Shown: positions 1 through 10,684, counted from the first letter of the whole stretch. The stretch: 63,416 bases of DNA, filler included, from Octopus bimaculoides (GCF_001194135.2; 6 parts of 6 records of this genome joined end to end with filler, not necessarily neighbours in it); one strand, 5' to 3'. Notes: generated from the sequence alone by a model not told the origin. Made by a program: numbers and translations.

Positions 1-345
1 ATATATATATATATACAAGAAAGTAAAAGAATTCGTAGCTGTGTAGTAAGAAATGCCTCGTTTTCGATCCACAACCGGCAAGGTCAAGGAGTGTCGCTCA
101 CAGCAATACCAAAAAAAGAATTTGGTGATAAACAGTCAGAAAGCAACCTCTCGTAGCAGTACCACCGCACCCACCTATGAGGATCGGTTCTAGATGGAGG
201 CCATGCAACAGATGGTGGACATGCAAACTTCCTAAAAAGAACAAGAGGAAAAAATACGAAAAGAAACCTAACTGAAGAAAAGTCAAGAAATAAAAGCTAT
301 AAATATGGCGAGGTGAGGTATACTTCCTGCCAAGAAGAAAACTGT

Positions 346-420
346 CTCTGCTGATGAAGGACCCATCCTTTATGAAGACCAACCAATAATCTGTGGGTGG
401 AAACCAGCCTTCGTCCAGAG
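346..420 (+). ncRNA. Type I hammerhead ribozyme-like motif with long stem II (degenerate)
   Basis: CTCTG(346-350)-CTGATGA-agg-ACCCAT...GTGGGT-g-GAAAC-cagccttc-GTC-CAGAG(416-420). Stem I is a perfect 5 bp pair, both core boxes and a GUC triplet are present; the stem II base and stem III are imperfect. Confidence 0.45.
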
Positions 421-477
421 TGAACTATTATGGAAAACAATAGATAAGAATGAAGAAAGCTCTAAAAGACTCCTAAA

Positions 478-542
478 CCACATTGTTCCAGGTTCAGTTC
501 CATTGCGTGGCGTCTTCTACGATAGCTCCAGGCCGACCAAAG
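478..542 (+). mobile_element. Internal fragment of tRNA-derived SINE family E
   Basis: ggttcagttccattgcgtgg..gtcttctacgatagc..ggccgaccaaag matches the reverse complement of the copies at 6814, 26932 and 56800. Confidence 0.5.
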
Positions 543-592
543 GATTATGGAACACCGGAGTTAGTGCAAAGGATTATGGAACACCGGAGTTA
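538..592. repeat. 26-bp direct repeat, period 29
   Basis: caaaggattatggaacaccggagtta at 538-563 and 567-592. Confidence 0.9.
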
Positions 593-764
593 CGACACGC
601 TGTGTCTCATCAGTCAGAATTTTCCGGAGCTTCGAGTCTAAACAAGAACCGGAGGCTGATCAGTGCTGTTATCTGCCAACCGATAATAAATCGTTATTTG
701 TACAGTAAACATGTTGAAACACCGATGTCCCTGAATCCCTAGCGCTAAAATGAGTTAAGTGTGT

Positions 765-855
765 TGGAGTCGATAAAATAAGTACCAGTAGATGCAATCG
801 ACTAGTTCCTTCCCCAAAATTTCAGGTCTTGTGCCTATAGTAGAAAGGATTATTA
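765..855 (+). mobile_element. 3' fragment of SINE family C
   Basis: gtcgataaaataagtaccag...cttgtgcctatagtagaaaggattatt; reverse complement of the tails at 54445 and 6500. Confidence 0.7.
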
Positions 856-1449
856 GGAAATGTATAAAACTAAATTGTTAGAATATTACTAGTCATTTTG
901 CCACTGGATCGAAGATGGTCACTGACGTGAGACTGAACACGCAAGTCATCACCGCGCAAAGTCATCCGTCAACCAAGACGACTAGATGGTTTTCGTGCTT
1001 CGAACGTACAAGCATGAACGTTGCAAATGTGACAACCATGCGGCGCTCCTGTGCCAGGCACACCCCTTCAAACTCTGAGAGGTCTCCAGTTAATAATGAA
1101 ACAGTCCGTTTTCTGCTTATCTACACCCAGCAGCATGAAACAGAAAGAGAAAGCGAGAGTGGGAGAGAAAGAGGCAGGAGGAGGAGGAGGAGGAGGGGGT
1201 TATGGGTTGGGCTGTTCAGCTTTCATTGCTTGGATTTCAATGCATAAGAAATAAATAGAAATGAAAAATAAAACGAAAGAAAAGAGTGATAAAAGGAAGT
1301 GACATAGTTTTTGCCCTCTACTCCAACGTCTCGGAATCCTTTTGATAAATACAGAGAAAAAAAAAGTGGGGTGGAGGGATTTTGATTTTTTTTTTGGNNN
1401 NNNNNNNNNNNNNNNNNNNNNNNNNNNNNGAGAACAACAATAACCGGTG

Positions 1450-1980
<531 letters not shown>

Positions 1981-2064
1981 CTTCAGTTTGGTTTACGTCA
2001 GAATATCGTCTGACTATTATAGTAAATAGCGGATTACAAATCTAATTTATCACAATTCATTAAG

Positions 2065-2428
2065 AGGTCGAGGTCAAAATCACGATATAGTTACGTGTTA
2101 ATAAACCGACCACCACCACCACCACCGCCACCACTTTTCTCTGCTCTCACCTATCGCTCACCCTCTACGATTCCTTATTTTCTCACACTCCTCCCACTCC
2201 GTTTTTTTCTTTCAATTTTAATATTGACTCAGTTTTGCTTTTGACAAACGACGATCGAGAGATTGAACGGGCAAATAATAATAATAATCAATGGTATAAA
2301 AGTGGACGCAAACGATCTGATAACAAAAAGCGAGAGAAACCAGGTTGTGCAAATAGAGGCGACTGTCAGATGACGTCATAATTACAGTTAATTGCTTCCC
2401 GCTTCAACACGTCCTTTGATTTTGTTTC
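2065..2428. promoter_or_regulatory. Cluster of TF-site-like motifs in unique sequence
   Basis: AGGTCGAGGTCA 2065-2076 (nuclear-receptor DR0-like), TGACTCA 2225-2231 (AP-1), TATAAAAG 2295-2302, TGACGTCA 2371-2378 (CRE), CCTTTGAT 2413-2420 (TCF/LEF). Motif match only. Confidence 0.25.
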
Positions 2429-2511
2429 TTATCTCAAGCTGAAGATCGTGTCCACGGTCAATGTTATTTCACACAGGTTATGTAACAGCAGCAACAACAA
2501 CAACAATAATA

Positions 2512-2625
2512 ATGGTTTCAGATTTTGGCACAAGGCCAGCAATTTTGGTTATATCGACTCCAGTACTCAACTGGTACTTATTTTATCGACCCCGAAAAGG
2601 ACGGAAGGCTAAGCCGATTTCAGTA
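2512..2625 (-). mobile_element. SINE family C, 5'-truncated
   Basis: ttttggcacaaggccagc...ggtacttattttatcgaccccgaaa; same as other family C copies. Confidence 0.75.
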
Positions 2626-2646
2626 ATAATAATAATAATAATGTTG

Positions 2647-3382
2647 CCGCATTCGTGGATTTTTGGAAACACTCGGCATGTGTGGAATAGCGGAGAACGT
2701 GTGTGCACTGATAAAGACCAGCATTGCCTCGTTGGAAAACACGTCTTTCCTGTAACAACCAGCACTTAACTGAGGTATCAATCAAAAGAGGCATCTTCCA
2801 GGGAGACTCTTGTTTACCTTTGTTATTTGTTATAGCCTTGATCCCACTTTCTGTACTCCTACGCAAAGTCAGCACGCACTATGAGCTGAGACAGAATGGA
2901 TCTCGTCTCAACCACCTTCTTTTCATGGATGATTTAAAACTGTTCGCAAAAAACAGAGGCTGAAATGGAGAGGCTGGTTGAGACTGTGCAGACGTGCAGC
3001 AACGATATAGGGATGGAATTCGGTATCTCGAAGTGTACGGTGCTCACTCTGAAACGGGGAAAAGAGCAGATTGTTGGGACATAGAATTGCCAAACGGAAA
3101 GAGAATGGAAGACCCGGATGACGATGGGTACAAGTACCTTGGGATGCTGGAGCTGGATAATATCTAGCACAGAGAAATGAAAGACAAGGTCATAACTGCA
3201 TATTTCAAGCGCCTCAAACTTCTCTTGAAATCAAAACTTAACCCAGGGAACCTTGTGACTGCCATCAACATATGGGCTTTTGCTGTAGTCCGCTATATTG
3301 CACCCATCCTGAAATGGACACAAGCGGAGATTAACTATTTCGATCGCACTACCCGAAAGACAATGACACTGCATGGTGCCTG
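2647..3382 (+). mobile_element. R4/Dong-clade non-LTR retrotransposon, reverse transcriptase fragment (frameshifted)
   Basis: PHSWI..., RGIFQGDSCLPLLFVIALIPLS, NHLLFMDDLKLF, YKYLG, KSKLNPGNLVTAINIWA, DRTTRKTMTLHGA; these are RT motifs of RLE-encoding R4/Dong elements. Confidence 0.85.
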
Positions 3383-3756
3383 CCTTTGATTTTGTTTCAA
3401 GGGATAAAAATCTGACGGTATTTTGGACATTTAACATTGCCACGGCTCGGACGAAATTAAGTGGACGGAAAATGTGCAGAGGCCTGCTGGAGTTGGACAG
3501 AGGACTATATAATGTATATAAAAGACGTCTTCGTTACTCTGTGTCACGCTTACTCTACCTGAGAAATTACTTGAAGGATACGCGTATTGGCAGAATATAA
3601 CTGAGTCATTTTCCGCCTTCAATAAGTCGTCCGGTTTATCGAACGACTAGAACGCTCATGCATGGAAATCAACGGGAGAGTAAAGACACACGCAGTCACA
3701 CACACACACACACACACGCACACACAACACACGCACGCACACACATTATTAAATGT

Positions 3757-3787
3757 AGTCACGTGACTTGTTTCAATCACGGAAGTG
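3757..3787 (+). promoter_or_regulatory. Candidate housekeeping-type proximal promoter (E-box/CLEAR palindrome plus ETS site)
   Basis: AGTCACGTGACT perfect 12-bp palindrome 3757-3768 and CGGAAGTG 3780-3787. Followed by CAG|GTATGT donor (3860) and a pyrimidine-rich TTCAG| acceptor (3974). Separated from the ZNF ORF by an artificial join. Confidence 0.35.
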
Positions 3788-4022
3788 TAGAGGTTGTATA
3801 TATATATATATATATATATAAAAACAAAAGTAAATGAGTATATGCATATATACGTACAGGTATGTGCATACCGACATCCACCTGTATGTATAGGTGCATA
3901 TCTGGGTACAGGACATTGCACACAAACGTAGACGAGAACACACGAGCCACATAGAGAACATTCTACTTCTTCAGCTACNNNNNNNNNNNNNNNNNNNNNN
4001 NNNNNNNNNNNNNNNNNNNNNN

Positions 4023-4034
4023 TTAATTAATTAA
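4023..4034. other. Artificial scaffold spacer TTAATTAATTAA in a 100-bp N block
   Basis: 44 N + 12-mer + 44 N; the same construct recurs at 6737, 28077, 51824 and 61099; stops in all six frames. Confidence 0.9.
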
Positions 4035-4339
4035 NNNNNNNNNNNNNNNNNNNNNNNNNNNNNNNNNNNNNNNNNNNNATAAGATTGTTTTATACAAATC
4101 TGGAAAAATTCTTGTGAAACATTTGCTGTTAAATAATATTAGCAGAATTTCTGAACATCACCAACTGGAGTGTCAAGAAGAGGGGTCTGTGTTCTGAAAA
4201 AAGTTGGATGAAATTATTTAAGTTTTGTGAAACAAAGGTAACACTGGACAGAAATACAACAGTAGAAGTGTTTGTAAAGAATAAAGTATAAAAAGAAAAG
4301 GAAGCAAAATATATAAACTGGTATTTGAGAGGAAAAATA

Positions 4340-5917
4340 ATGGAAAATAGTGAGAAAAGTATACAATTGATTTCCCCTGAACCCATGACAAAAGAGATGG
4401 GATCATACGAATGTGATATCTGTACAAAGTCCTTCTTTCAAAAACGTGATCTACTTAAGCACAAACGTATTCACAAAGGAGAGAAACTATACTGTTGTGA
4501 CATTTGTGGTAAATCATTCTCTTGCAGTAGTAAATTATCTACACACAAACGTTCTCATACAGGAGAGAAACCATATCATTGTGAAATCTGTGGTAAATCA
4601 TTCTCTCAAAATAGTAACTTAACAAAACACGTACATATCCATACAGGAGAGAAGCCATATCATTGTGATATCTGTGGTAAATCATTCTCAAGAAGCATTC
4701 ATGTTACTACACACAAACGTTCTCATACAGGAGAGAAACCATATCATTGTGATATCTGTGGTAAATCATTTTCTCGAAGTAGTAATGTTACTGTGCACAA
4801 ACGTACTCATACAGGAGAGCAGCCATATCACTGTGATATCTGTGGTAAATCATTCTCTTACAGTAGCAAGTTATCTACACACAATCTTTCTCATACAGGG
4901 GAGAAACCATATCATTGTGATATCTGTGGTAAATCATTTGCTCGAAGTAGTAATGTTATTGCGCACAAACGTACTCATACAGGAGAGAGACCATATCACT
5001 GTGATATCTGTGGTAAATCATTCTTTGGAAATACTGACTTAACAAAACACAAGTATATTCATACAAGAGGGAAGCCATATCATTGTGATATTTGTGGTAA
5101 AGCATGCACTAATAATCATGTCTTAGCAAGACACAAACGTATTCATACAGGAGAGAAACCATATCATTGTGATATTTGTGGTAAATCATTCTCACAAAGA
5201 AGTCACTTATCTACACACAAAAGTATTCATACAGGAGAGAAACCATATCACTGTGATATTTGTGGTAAATCATTCTCTCAAAGAAGTCACTTATCTACAC
5301 ATATACGTATTCATACAGGAGAGGAACCATATCATTGTAATATCTGTGGTGAATCATTCTCTCATAATAATATCTTAACTATTCATGAACGCATTCATAC
5401 AGGAGAGAAGCCATATCATTGTGATATTTGCGGTAAACGATTCTCTATTAAAAGTTCCTTAACATCACACCATCATTCTCATACAGGAGAGAAACCATAT
5501 CATTGTGATATTTGTGGTAAACCATTCTCTGACAATAGTGTCTTAGCAGCACACAAGCGTAATCATACAGGAGAGAAACCATATCATTGTAACATCTGCA
5601 GTGAATCATTCGCTTATAATAGTAGCTTAACTGCACATAAATGTATTCATACAGGAGAGAAACCATATCACTGTGATATCTGCAGTAAATCATTCTCTCA
5701 TAATTGTACCCTAACTATACATAAACGTATTCATACAGGAGAGAAACCATATCATTGTAATATTTGTGGTAAATCATTCTCTCGTAATAGTAACTTAACT
5801 GCACATAAACGTATTCATACAGGAGAGAAGCCATATCACTGTGATATTTGTGGTAAATCCTTCTCTCAAAATAGTAAGTTAACAAAACACAAACATATTC
5901 ATGCTAAGGAGCAATGA
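4340..5917 (+). CDS. C2H2 zinc finger protein, 18 tandem fingers, 525 aa, octopus-expansion type
   Basis: Uninterrupted ORF from ATG 4340. 18 x C-x2-C-x12-H-x3-H with (T)GEKP-type linkers and 84-bp periodicity. Short N-terminal leader with no KRAB/ZAD/BTB domain in this exon. Confidence 0.93.
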   Translation: MENSEKSIQLISPEPMTKEMGSYECDICTKSFFQKRDLLKHKRIHKGEKLYCCDICGKSFSCSSKLSTHKRSHTGEKPYHCEICGKSFSQNSNLTKHVHIHTGEKPYHCDICGKSFSRSIHVTTHKRSHTGEKPYHCDICGKSFSRSSNVTVHKRTHTGEQPYHCDICGKSFSYSSKLSTHNLSHTGEKPYHCDICGKSFARSSNVIAHKRTHTGERPYHCDICGKSFFGNTDLTKHKYIHTRGKPYHCDICGKACTNNHVLARHKRIHTGEKPYHCDICGKSFSQRSHLSTHKSIHTGEKPYHCDICGKSFSQRSHLSTHIRIHTGEEPYHCNICGESFSHNNILTIHERIHTGEKPYHCDICGKRFSIKSSLTSHHHSHTGEKPYHCDICGKPFSDNSVLAAHKRNHTGEKPYHCNICSESFAYNSSLTAHKCIHTGEKPYHCDICSKSFSHNCTLTIHKRIHTGEKPYHCNICGKSFSRNSNLTAHKRIHTGEKPYHCDICGKSFSQNSKLTKHKHIHAKEQ

Positions 5918-6499
5918 AAAGGGTAGTTTCTCGTTTCTTATTTGCTATATTTAATTTTCTTGTGTGTTATGCAATGGATATTATGACAAAAGTATTTCCA
6001 AAAATTTTAGGTTTTTTTTTTCATTTTGTTTTTGCAGTTTTGTCCTGCTACTTCCTTCATCATTCATGCATTCCCTTTCCATGGTGTAAGGACCTCTATT
6101 CCAAAACTTCTCCTTCTGAAAACCATACACAACATCCTTTATCAGATACTGCATCCACAAATTTCTGTGAATTTATTGCTTATTATCTTTTAGATGCTTC
6201 ACTCATTAAATATATTATACAGTAACATAAGATGTTTGAAGTCTATGTCGTGCATTGCTCTAGCAACGAATCGTTTTTTGTTGTTGTTTTTTCGTTCTTT
6301 TAGGGAGAAGAAACCCTATTTTCATTTGACGCTCATCATAGTCTGTGAATTTCTTAAAGATAATGANNNNNNNNNNATACGAAACTAAATGTACTTAGTT
6401 TAACAATGTTGAATACTCTGTCGTGGATAGAAGGCGGCCAGCCCGACGAGAGTCGAAGAGACAACCAACAGCTCTGCATTATTGTAGTTCCTGCATAGT

Positions 6500-6692
6500 A
6501 CAACAGGCCCAATACCCGAGATTTTGGGGGAATGGAGGAAGTCGATTAGAACGTAACTGGTACTTAATATATCGATCCACAAATATGAAAGGTAGAGTTG
6601 CCCTCGGTGGAATTTGAACTCAGAACGTAAAGACAGCCGAAATACTGCTAAGGATTTCGCCTGGCCTGCTAACATTTCTGCCAGCTCGCCGT
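6500..6692 (-). mobile_element. SINE family C, near full length
   Basis: Minus strand: ggcgagctggcagaaatgttagc (A-box-like)...gagttcaaattcc (B box)...gataagtaccag-like central domain. Confidence 0.8.
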
Positions 6693-6813
6693 NNNNNNNN
6701 NNNNNNNNNNNNNNNNNNNNNNNNNNNNNNNNNNNNTTAATTAATTAANNNNNNNNNNNNNNNNNNNNNNNNNNNNNNNNNNNNNNNNNNNNATATATAT
6801 ATATATATATATA

Positions 6814-6903
6814 CAACGGGCTTCTTTCAGTTTCTGTCTACCAAATCTCCTCACAAGACTTTGGTTGGCCCGAGGCTATAGTAGAAGACACTTGCCCAAG
6901 GTG
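6814..6903 (-). mobile_element. SINE family E, 3' half ending in (TA)n
   Basis: acgggcttctttcagtttc..gtctaccaaatc...gaagacacttgcccaaggtg. Confidence 0.8.
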
Positions 6904-7124
6904 TTCAAAAAGCTGCAGAAATATCACAAAGCTGTTACTCAGAGTTTCACGTTCCCGTTCGTCGAACAGAGCTGGGACGTAGCACATGACGTTTTATTGT
7001 TATTTATTTTACAAACTCGATCGAACACCAGAAATAGTATGAACTGTAAAATATCAGGAAACAGGAACCGGAAGCAAAGGTTTTAAAGTCTGCGAAACCA
7101 TTTTATTTATTTAAACAATATACC

Positions 7125-7256
7125 TGTGTTCATTATTTACATTATTTGTTGTTGTTTGTTGTTAACACAACGTTTCGGCTGATATACCCTCCAGCCTTCA
7201 TCAGGTGTCTTGGGGAAATTTCGAAGCTGGGTTCTCATTCCTAAGGTATTTTTCGA

Positions 7257-7326
<70 letters not shown>

Positions 7327-7360
7327 GATCTTGTTGCTGTTCAGGTTACTACGCCATATG
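7125..7360 (-). mobile_element. Hammerhead-bearing element, inverted copy with internally deleted tRNA head
   Basis: About 100 bp (7161-7261) is the near-identical reverse complement of 7483-7579. The head is reduced to catatggcgtagt|aacctgaa. Confidence 0.75.
7164..7209 (-). ncRNA. Minimal type I hammerhead ribozyme (dimer type, GUU triplet)
   Basis: Minus: GACAC-CUGAUGA-A-GGCUG-gagggUauau-CAGCC-GAAAC-GUU-GUGUU. Stem I GACAC/GUGUU, stem II 5 bp, loop-less palindromic stem III (AACGUU) as in Penelope-associated minimal hammerheads. Confidence 0.75.
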
Positions 7361-7364
7361 GTCG

Positions 7365-7665
7365 TGGGCATATGGCATAGTGGTTAAGAGCGTGGGCTAA
7401 AACCCCAGATTTCGAGTTCGATTCCAAGCAGTGACCTGAAAAGAAAAAAAAATAATAATAATAATAATGATAATAATAAGAGTAACATCGAAAAATACCT
7501 TAGGAATGAGAACCCAGCTTCGAGATTTCCCCAAGACATCTGATGAAGGCTGGAGGGTATATCAGCCGAAACGTGTTAAGAACAAACAAGATGAGGACAA
7601 ATATCCGTCAAATGTAAAAAATGTAAATAATGTACAAAATTCCTCATCTCTTAAACTATAAAACT
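7365..7665 (+). mobile_element. tRNA-headed, hammerhead-bearing non-autonomous element
   Basis: A box TGGCATAGTGG 7373-7383, B box GAGTTCGATTCC 7414-7425, (AAT)n linker, then CTGATGA 7540-7546 / GAAAC 7568-7572 hammerhead (missing the GTT triplet) and an A-rich tail shared with 10685-10815. Confidence 0.7.
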
Positions 7666-7709
7666 GTAATATACTTGTGTGAATTTGTGCGTGTGTGTGT
7701 GTGTGCGTG

Positions 7710-7763
<54 letters not shown>

Positions 7764-7794
7764 CATACATACATACATACATACATACATACAT

Positions 7795-8047
7795 GTGAAG
7801 GCACATGGCTCAGTGGTTGGAGTGTGGAGCTTACGATCATGAGATTGTGAGTTCGATTCCCGGACCGGGCTGCGTGTTGTGTTCTTGAGCAAGACACTTT
7901 ATTTGACGTTGCTTCAGTTCATTCAGCTGTAGAAATGAGTTGCGGCACCACTGGTGTCAAGCTGTATCGGCCTTTGCCTGGCCTTGTGCCTGGGAGGGTA
8001 ACTTTCTAGGTGCAATCCCATGGTGAGTCATGACCGAATGGGGTCTC
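7795..8047 (+). mobile_element. tRNA-derived SINE, head B (CORE-like) plus tail Z
   Basis: tggctcagtgg A box, gagttcgattcc B box, cttgagcaagacactttattt CORE-like segment, tail ...ggtgcaatcccatggt..catgaccgaa. Confidence 0.85.
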
Positions 8048-8244
8048 CTCCTCCTCCATACATACATATGCGTGTGTACATACATATATGCATATATGTA
8101 TGCATTGACTTTCAATTGTCTGGTATAGTAGTGCTAGTAATTTGTACACATCTCTATGGGTATATGCAAATCTACACACGCAAAAATATACATACTTACA
8201 CACACACATACATACAAACGTACGTACATAGATACAAATACGGG

Positions 8245-8602
8245 GATAATTTGTTTTCGAACGCAGAGACGCCGTTAGAACAGCAGAAACATTGGGTAAA
8301 TTACCATTATAAAGCGGAAAAATTTGTCAGCAACCAGCTTTGGGACTTGAACCCATACCTCTTGATATGACTCTGACTAAGTGCATTACCATTAAGCTAA
8401 ACTGTCCATTGCCCGCATTTTTTTACACGCTTATAAAGCGAAATGTGCAAAATGTGCAAAAGCAGATTGATTTGTCAGCGGGCAGCTTCGTGTCCCATGG
8501 CTGGTTGTAAGGGTAATTAGCGTTCCATGGCGCTTTGTAACGGTAATTTACCCAATGTTTCTGCTGTTCTAATGGCGTCTCTGCGTTCGAAAACAAATTA
8601 TC
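8245..8602. repeat. About 70-bp near-perfect inverted repeat enclosing a tRNA-like head
   Basis: gataatttgttttcgaacgcagagacgcc...aaagcg versus its reverse complement ending at 8602 (3 mismatches). No target-site duplication seen. Confidence 0.9.
8334..8407 (-). other. tRNA-like / SINE-head sequence (not a functional tRNA)
   Basis: Minus: TAGCTTAATGG A box, GGTTCAAGTCC B box with TGGG/CCCA T-stem; the acceptor stem does not pair. Confidence 0.6.
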
Positions 8603-9038
8603 ATCTTATTTGTATCACTATACACATTTCGGCACTTATATAAAAAAAAACAAACAAAAAAAAAACAAATGCTAGTTTGTTTATACTTATATATATACGT
8701 ACATATATACATATACATTTATGAATACGGATGGGAGATAACTCTTTGTGACCGAAACGAAAAGGATTTCGGGATGATGCTCGTGCGAGACCGTTATTGC
8801 TAGGAAATGTACAGTATTATGAATCATAGTAAATCTACGTCATCTATAAATGTTTGGCTGAGCAGAAGATTGGGTGTTTCCCGCCATAACATAATACTAC
8901 TGTTATTTACATCAGATGTTCGTTTGATATTAATCAGGCGGAATATTGACAGTGTGAAAGATATTTTCTCAAGCGAGGAAGTATATCTAAACATAAACAC
9001 ACGCACACGAGCACATACATGGTCCCACGCGCACACAT

Positions 9039-9097
<59 letters not shown>

Positions 9098-9757
9098 NNN
9101 NNNNNNNNNNNNNNNNNNNNNNNNNNNNNNNNNNNNNNNNNNNNNNNNNNNNNNNNNNNNNNNNNNNNNNNNNNNNNNNNNNNNNNNNNNNNNNNNNNNN
9201 NNNNNNNNNNNNNNNNNNNNNNNNNNNNNNNNNNNNNNNNNNNNNNNNNNNNNNNNNNNNNNNNNNNNNNNNNNNNNNNNNNNNNNNNNNNNNNNNNNNN
9301 NNNNNNNNNNNNNNNNNNNNNNNNNNNNNNNNNNNNNNNNNNNNNNNNNNNNNNNNNNNNNNNNNNNNNNNNNNNNNNNNNNNNNNNNNNNNNNNNNNNN
9401 NNNNNNNNNNNNNNNNNNNNNNNNNNNNNNNNNNNNNNNNNNNNNNNNNNNNNNNNNNNNNNNNNNNNNNNNNNNNNNNNNNNNNNNNNNNNNNNNNNNN
9501 NNNNNNNNNNNNNNNNNNNNNNNNNNNNNNNNNNNNNNNNNNNNNNNNNNNNNNNNNNNNNNNNNNNNNNNNNNNNNNNNNNNNNNNNNNNNNNNNNNNN
9601 NNNNNNNNNNNNNNNNNNNNNNNNNNNNNNNNNNNNNNNNNNNNNNNNNNNNNNNNNNNNNNNNNNNNNNNNNNNNNNNNNNNNNNNNNNNNNNNNNNNN
9701 NNNNNNNNNNNNNNNNNNNNNNNNNNNNNNNNNNNNNNNNNNNNNNNNNNNNNNNNN

Positions 9758-9806
<49 letters not shown>

Positions 9807-9919
9807 ACATATATATGTATAGGTATATATATATCGGTAGGGTTATTACGCCAATTATAAACACAAGCACTGTTTCTATTTTAGTTATATTTTTATTTGG
9901 CAATTGATTAACTATTTAA

Positions 9920-10136
9920 CTAAGTAATCGATTGTTTGTTTAATCGGTCGATCAGTAAGTCAGCTTGATTTCTCCAAGCCTTTTCTTCGCTATTCATGGC
10001 CTCTTCAAAGACGTATCCTCTACAAGTCTGCATCAGTTCTGTTTAACCGTCTCCTAGTTTACAGCTTCTATATTTATATTATTAACTGAATCCCACCAAG
10101 TCATCTGCGACCTAGGGTTCTTTACAGCAGGGAGAT
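9920..10136 (-). pseudogene. Putative terminal exon of a decayed spliced gene of unknown family
   Basis: TTGTTTTCTTAG| acceptor at 10136 gives DLPAVKNPRSQMTWWDSVNNINIEAVN*. A shifted frame continues TELMQTCRGYVFEEAMNSEEKAWRNQADLLIDRLNKQSIT*. AATAAA at 9897-9892. Confidence 0.35.
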
Positions 10137-10479
10137 CTAAGAAAACAATTAATGGACGCGCTCTAATATTTGAAACCCTGACACGAGTATATCTATCTTG
10201 TGCTGAATCTAGATGTATACCTACAAGTAATGCGGTTGGTGGCTGGAATACATTTGCTGTAATCACCAATCAGAATACAGCACAATTTAAAGCTTGATTC
10301 AACTACTTTATGCCTAGCCTCGATTTTACAAACAAATAATTAAAAAGTCGAAGAGTAAGTCATGTGAGGATTTTGAGGTTTTACTGCGTTCTGACTTTAT
10401 ATTGGCTAATAGAGTATTCTGGCAGACCATCCACCGACTTCGTAACAAAATGCCGTCTTTCACACCTCACTAAAACTCG

Positions 10480-10650
10480 GTTGAGGTTCTACAAAGAATA
10501 TCATTGGGAGGTTGAGAGAATACTTTGATGAACTCCTAAATATGGTCACGATAAAATCTTCTGGAGGACACGAGGGGAATTTCGGAGCGAAGACTTGTCT
10601 CATTGAGGCTGAAGTCATTGAGGAGATTAACACACTTAAAAGCGGCAGAT
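10480..10650 (+). mobile_element. RTE-type LINE ORF2 fragment (EN-RT linker)
   Basis: TKNIIGRLREYFDELLN...EAEVIEEINTLKSGR*. Confidence 0.6.
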
Positions 10651-10684
10651 GAAATGCGAAATAACTGAACTGTGTTCGACACAA

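Noticed and set aside
538-592. CRISPR-like direct repeats
   Set aside because: Only two units with a 3-bp spacer, in eukaryotic context; simple tandem duplication.
589-613. Minus-strand CTGATGA-GACAC-agc-GTGTC-GTAAC hammerhead-like hairpin
   Set aside because: GUAA instead of GAAA, and no stem I/III or NUH closure found; at best a dead remnant.
915-1247. 110-aa ORF
   Set aside because: No recognisable domain; C-terminal third is GA/GGA repeat.
2438-2468. CTGAAGA followed by a small hairpin
   Set aside because: No GAAA box.
4413-5378. Alternative-frame ORFs over the ZNF gene (IIVISVVNH repeats)
   Set aside because: Shadow frames of the 84-bp finger periodicity.
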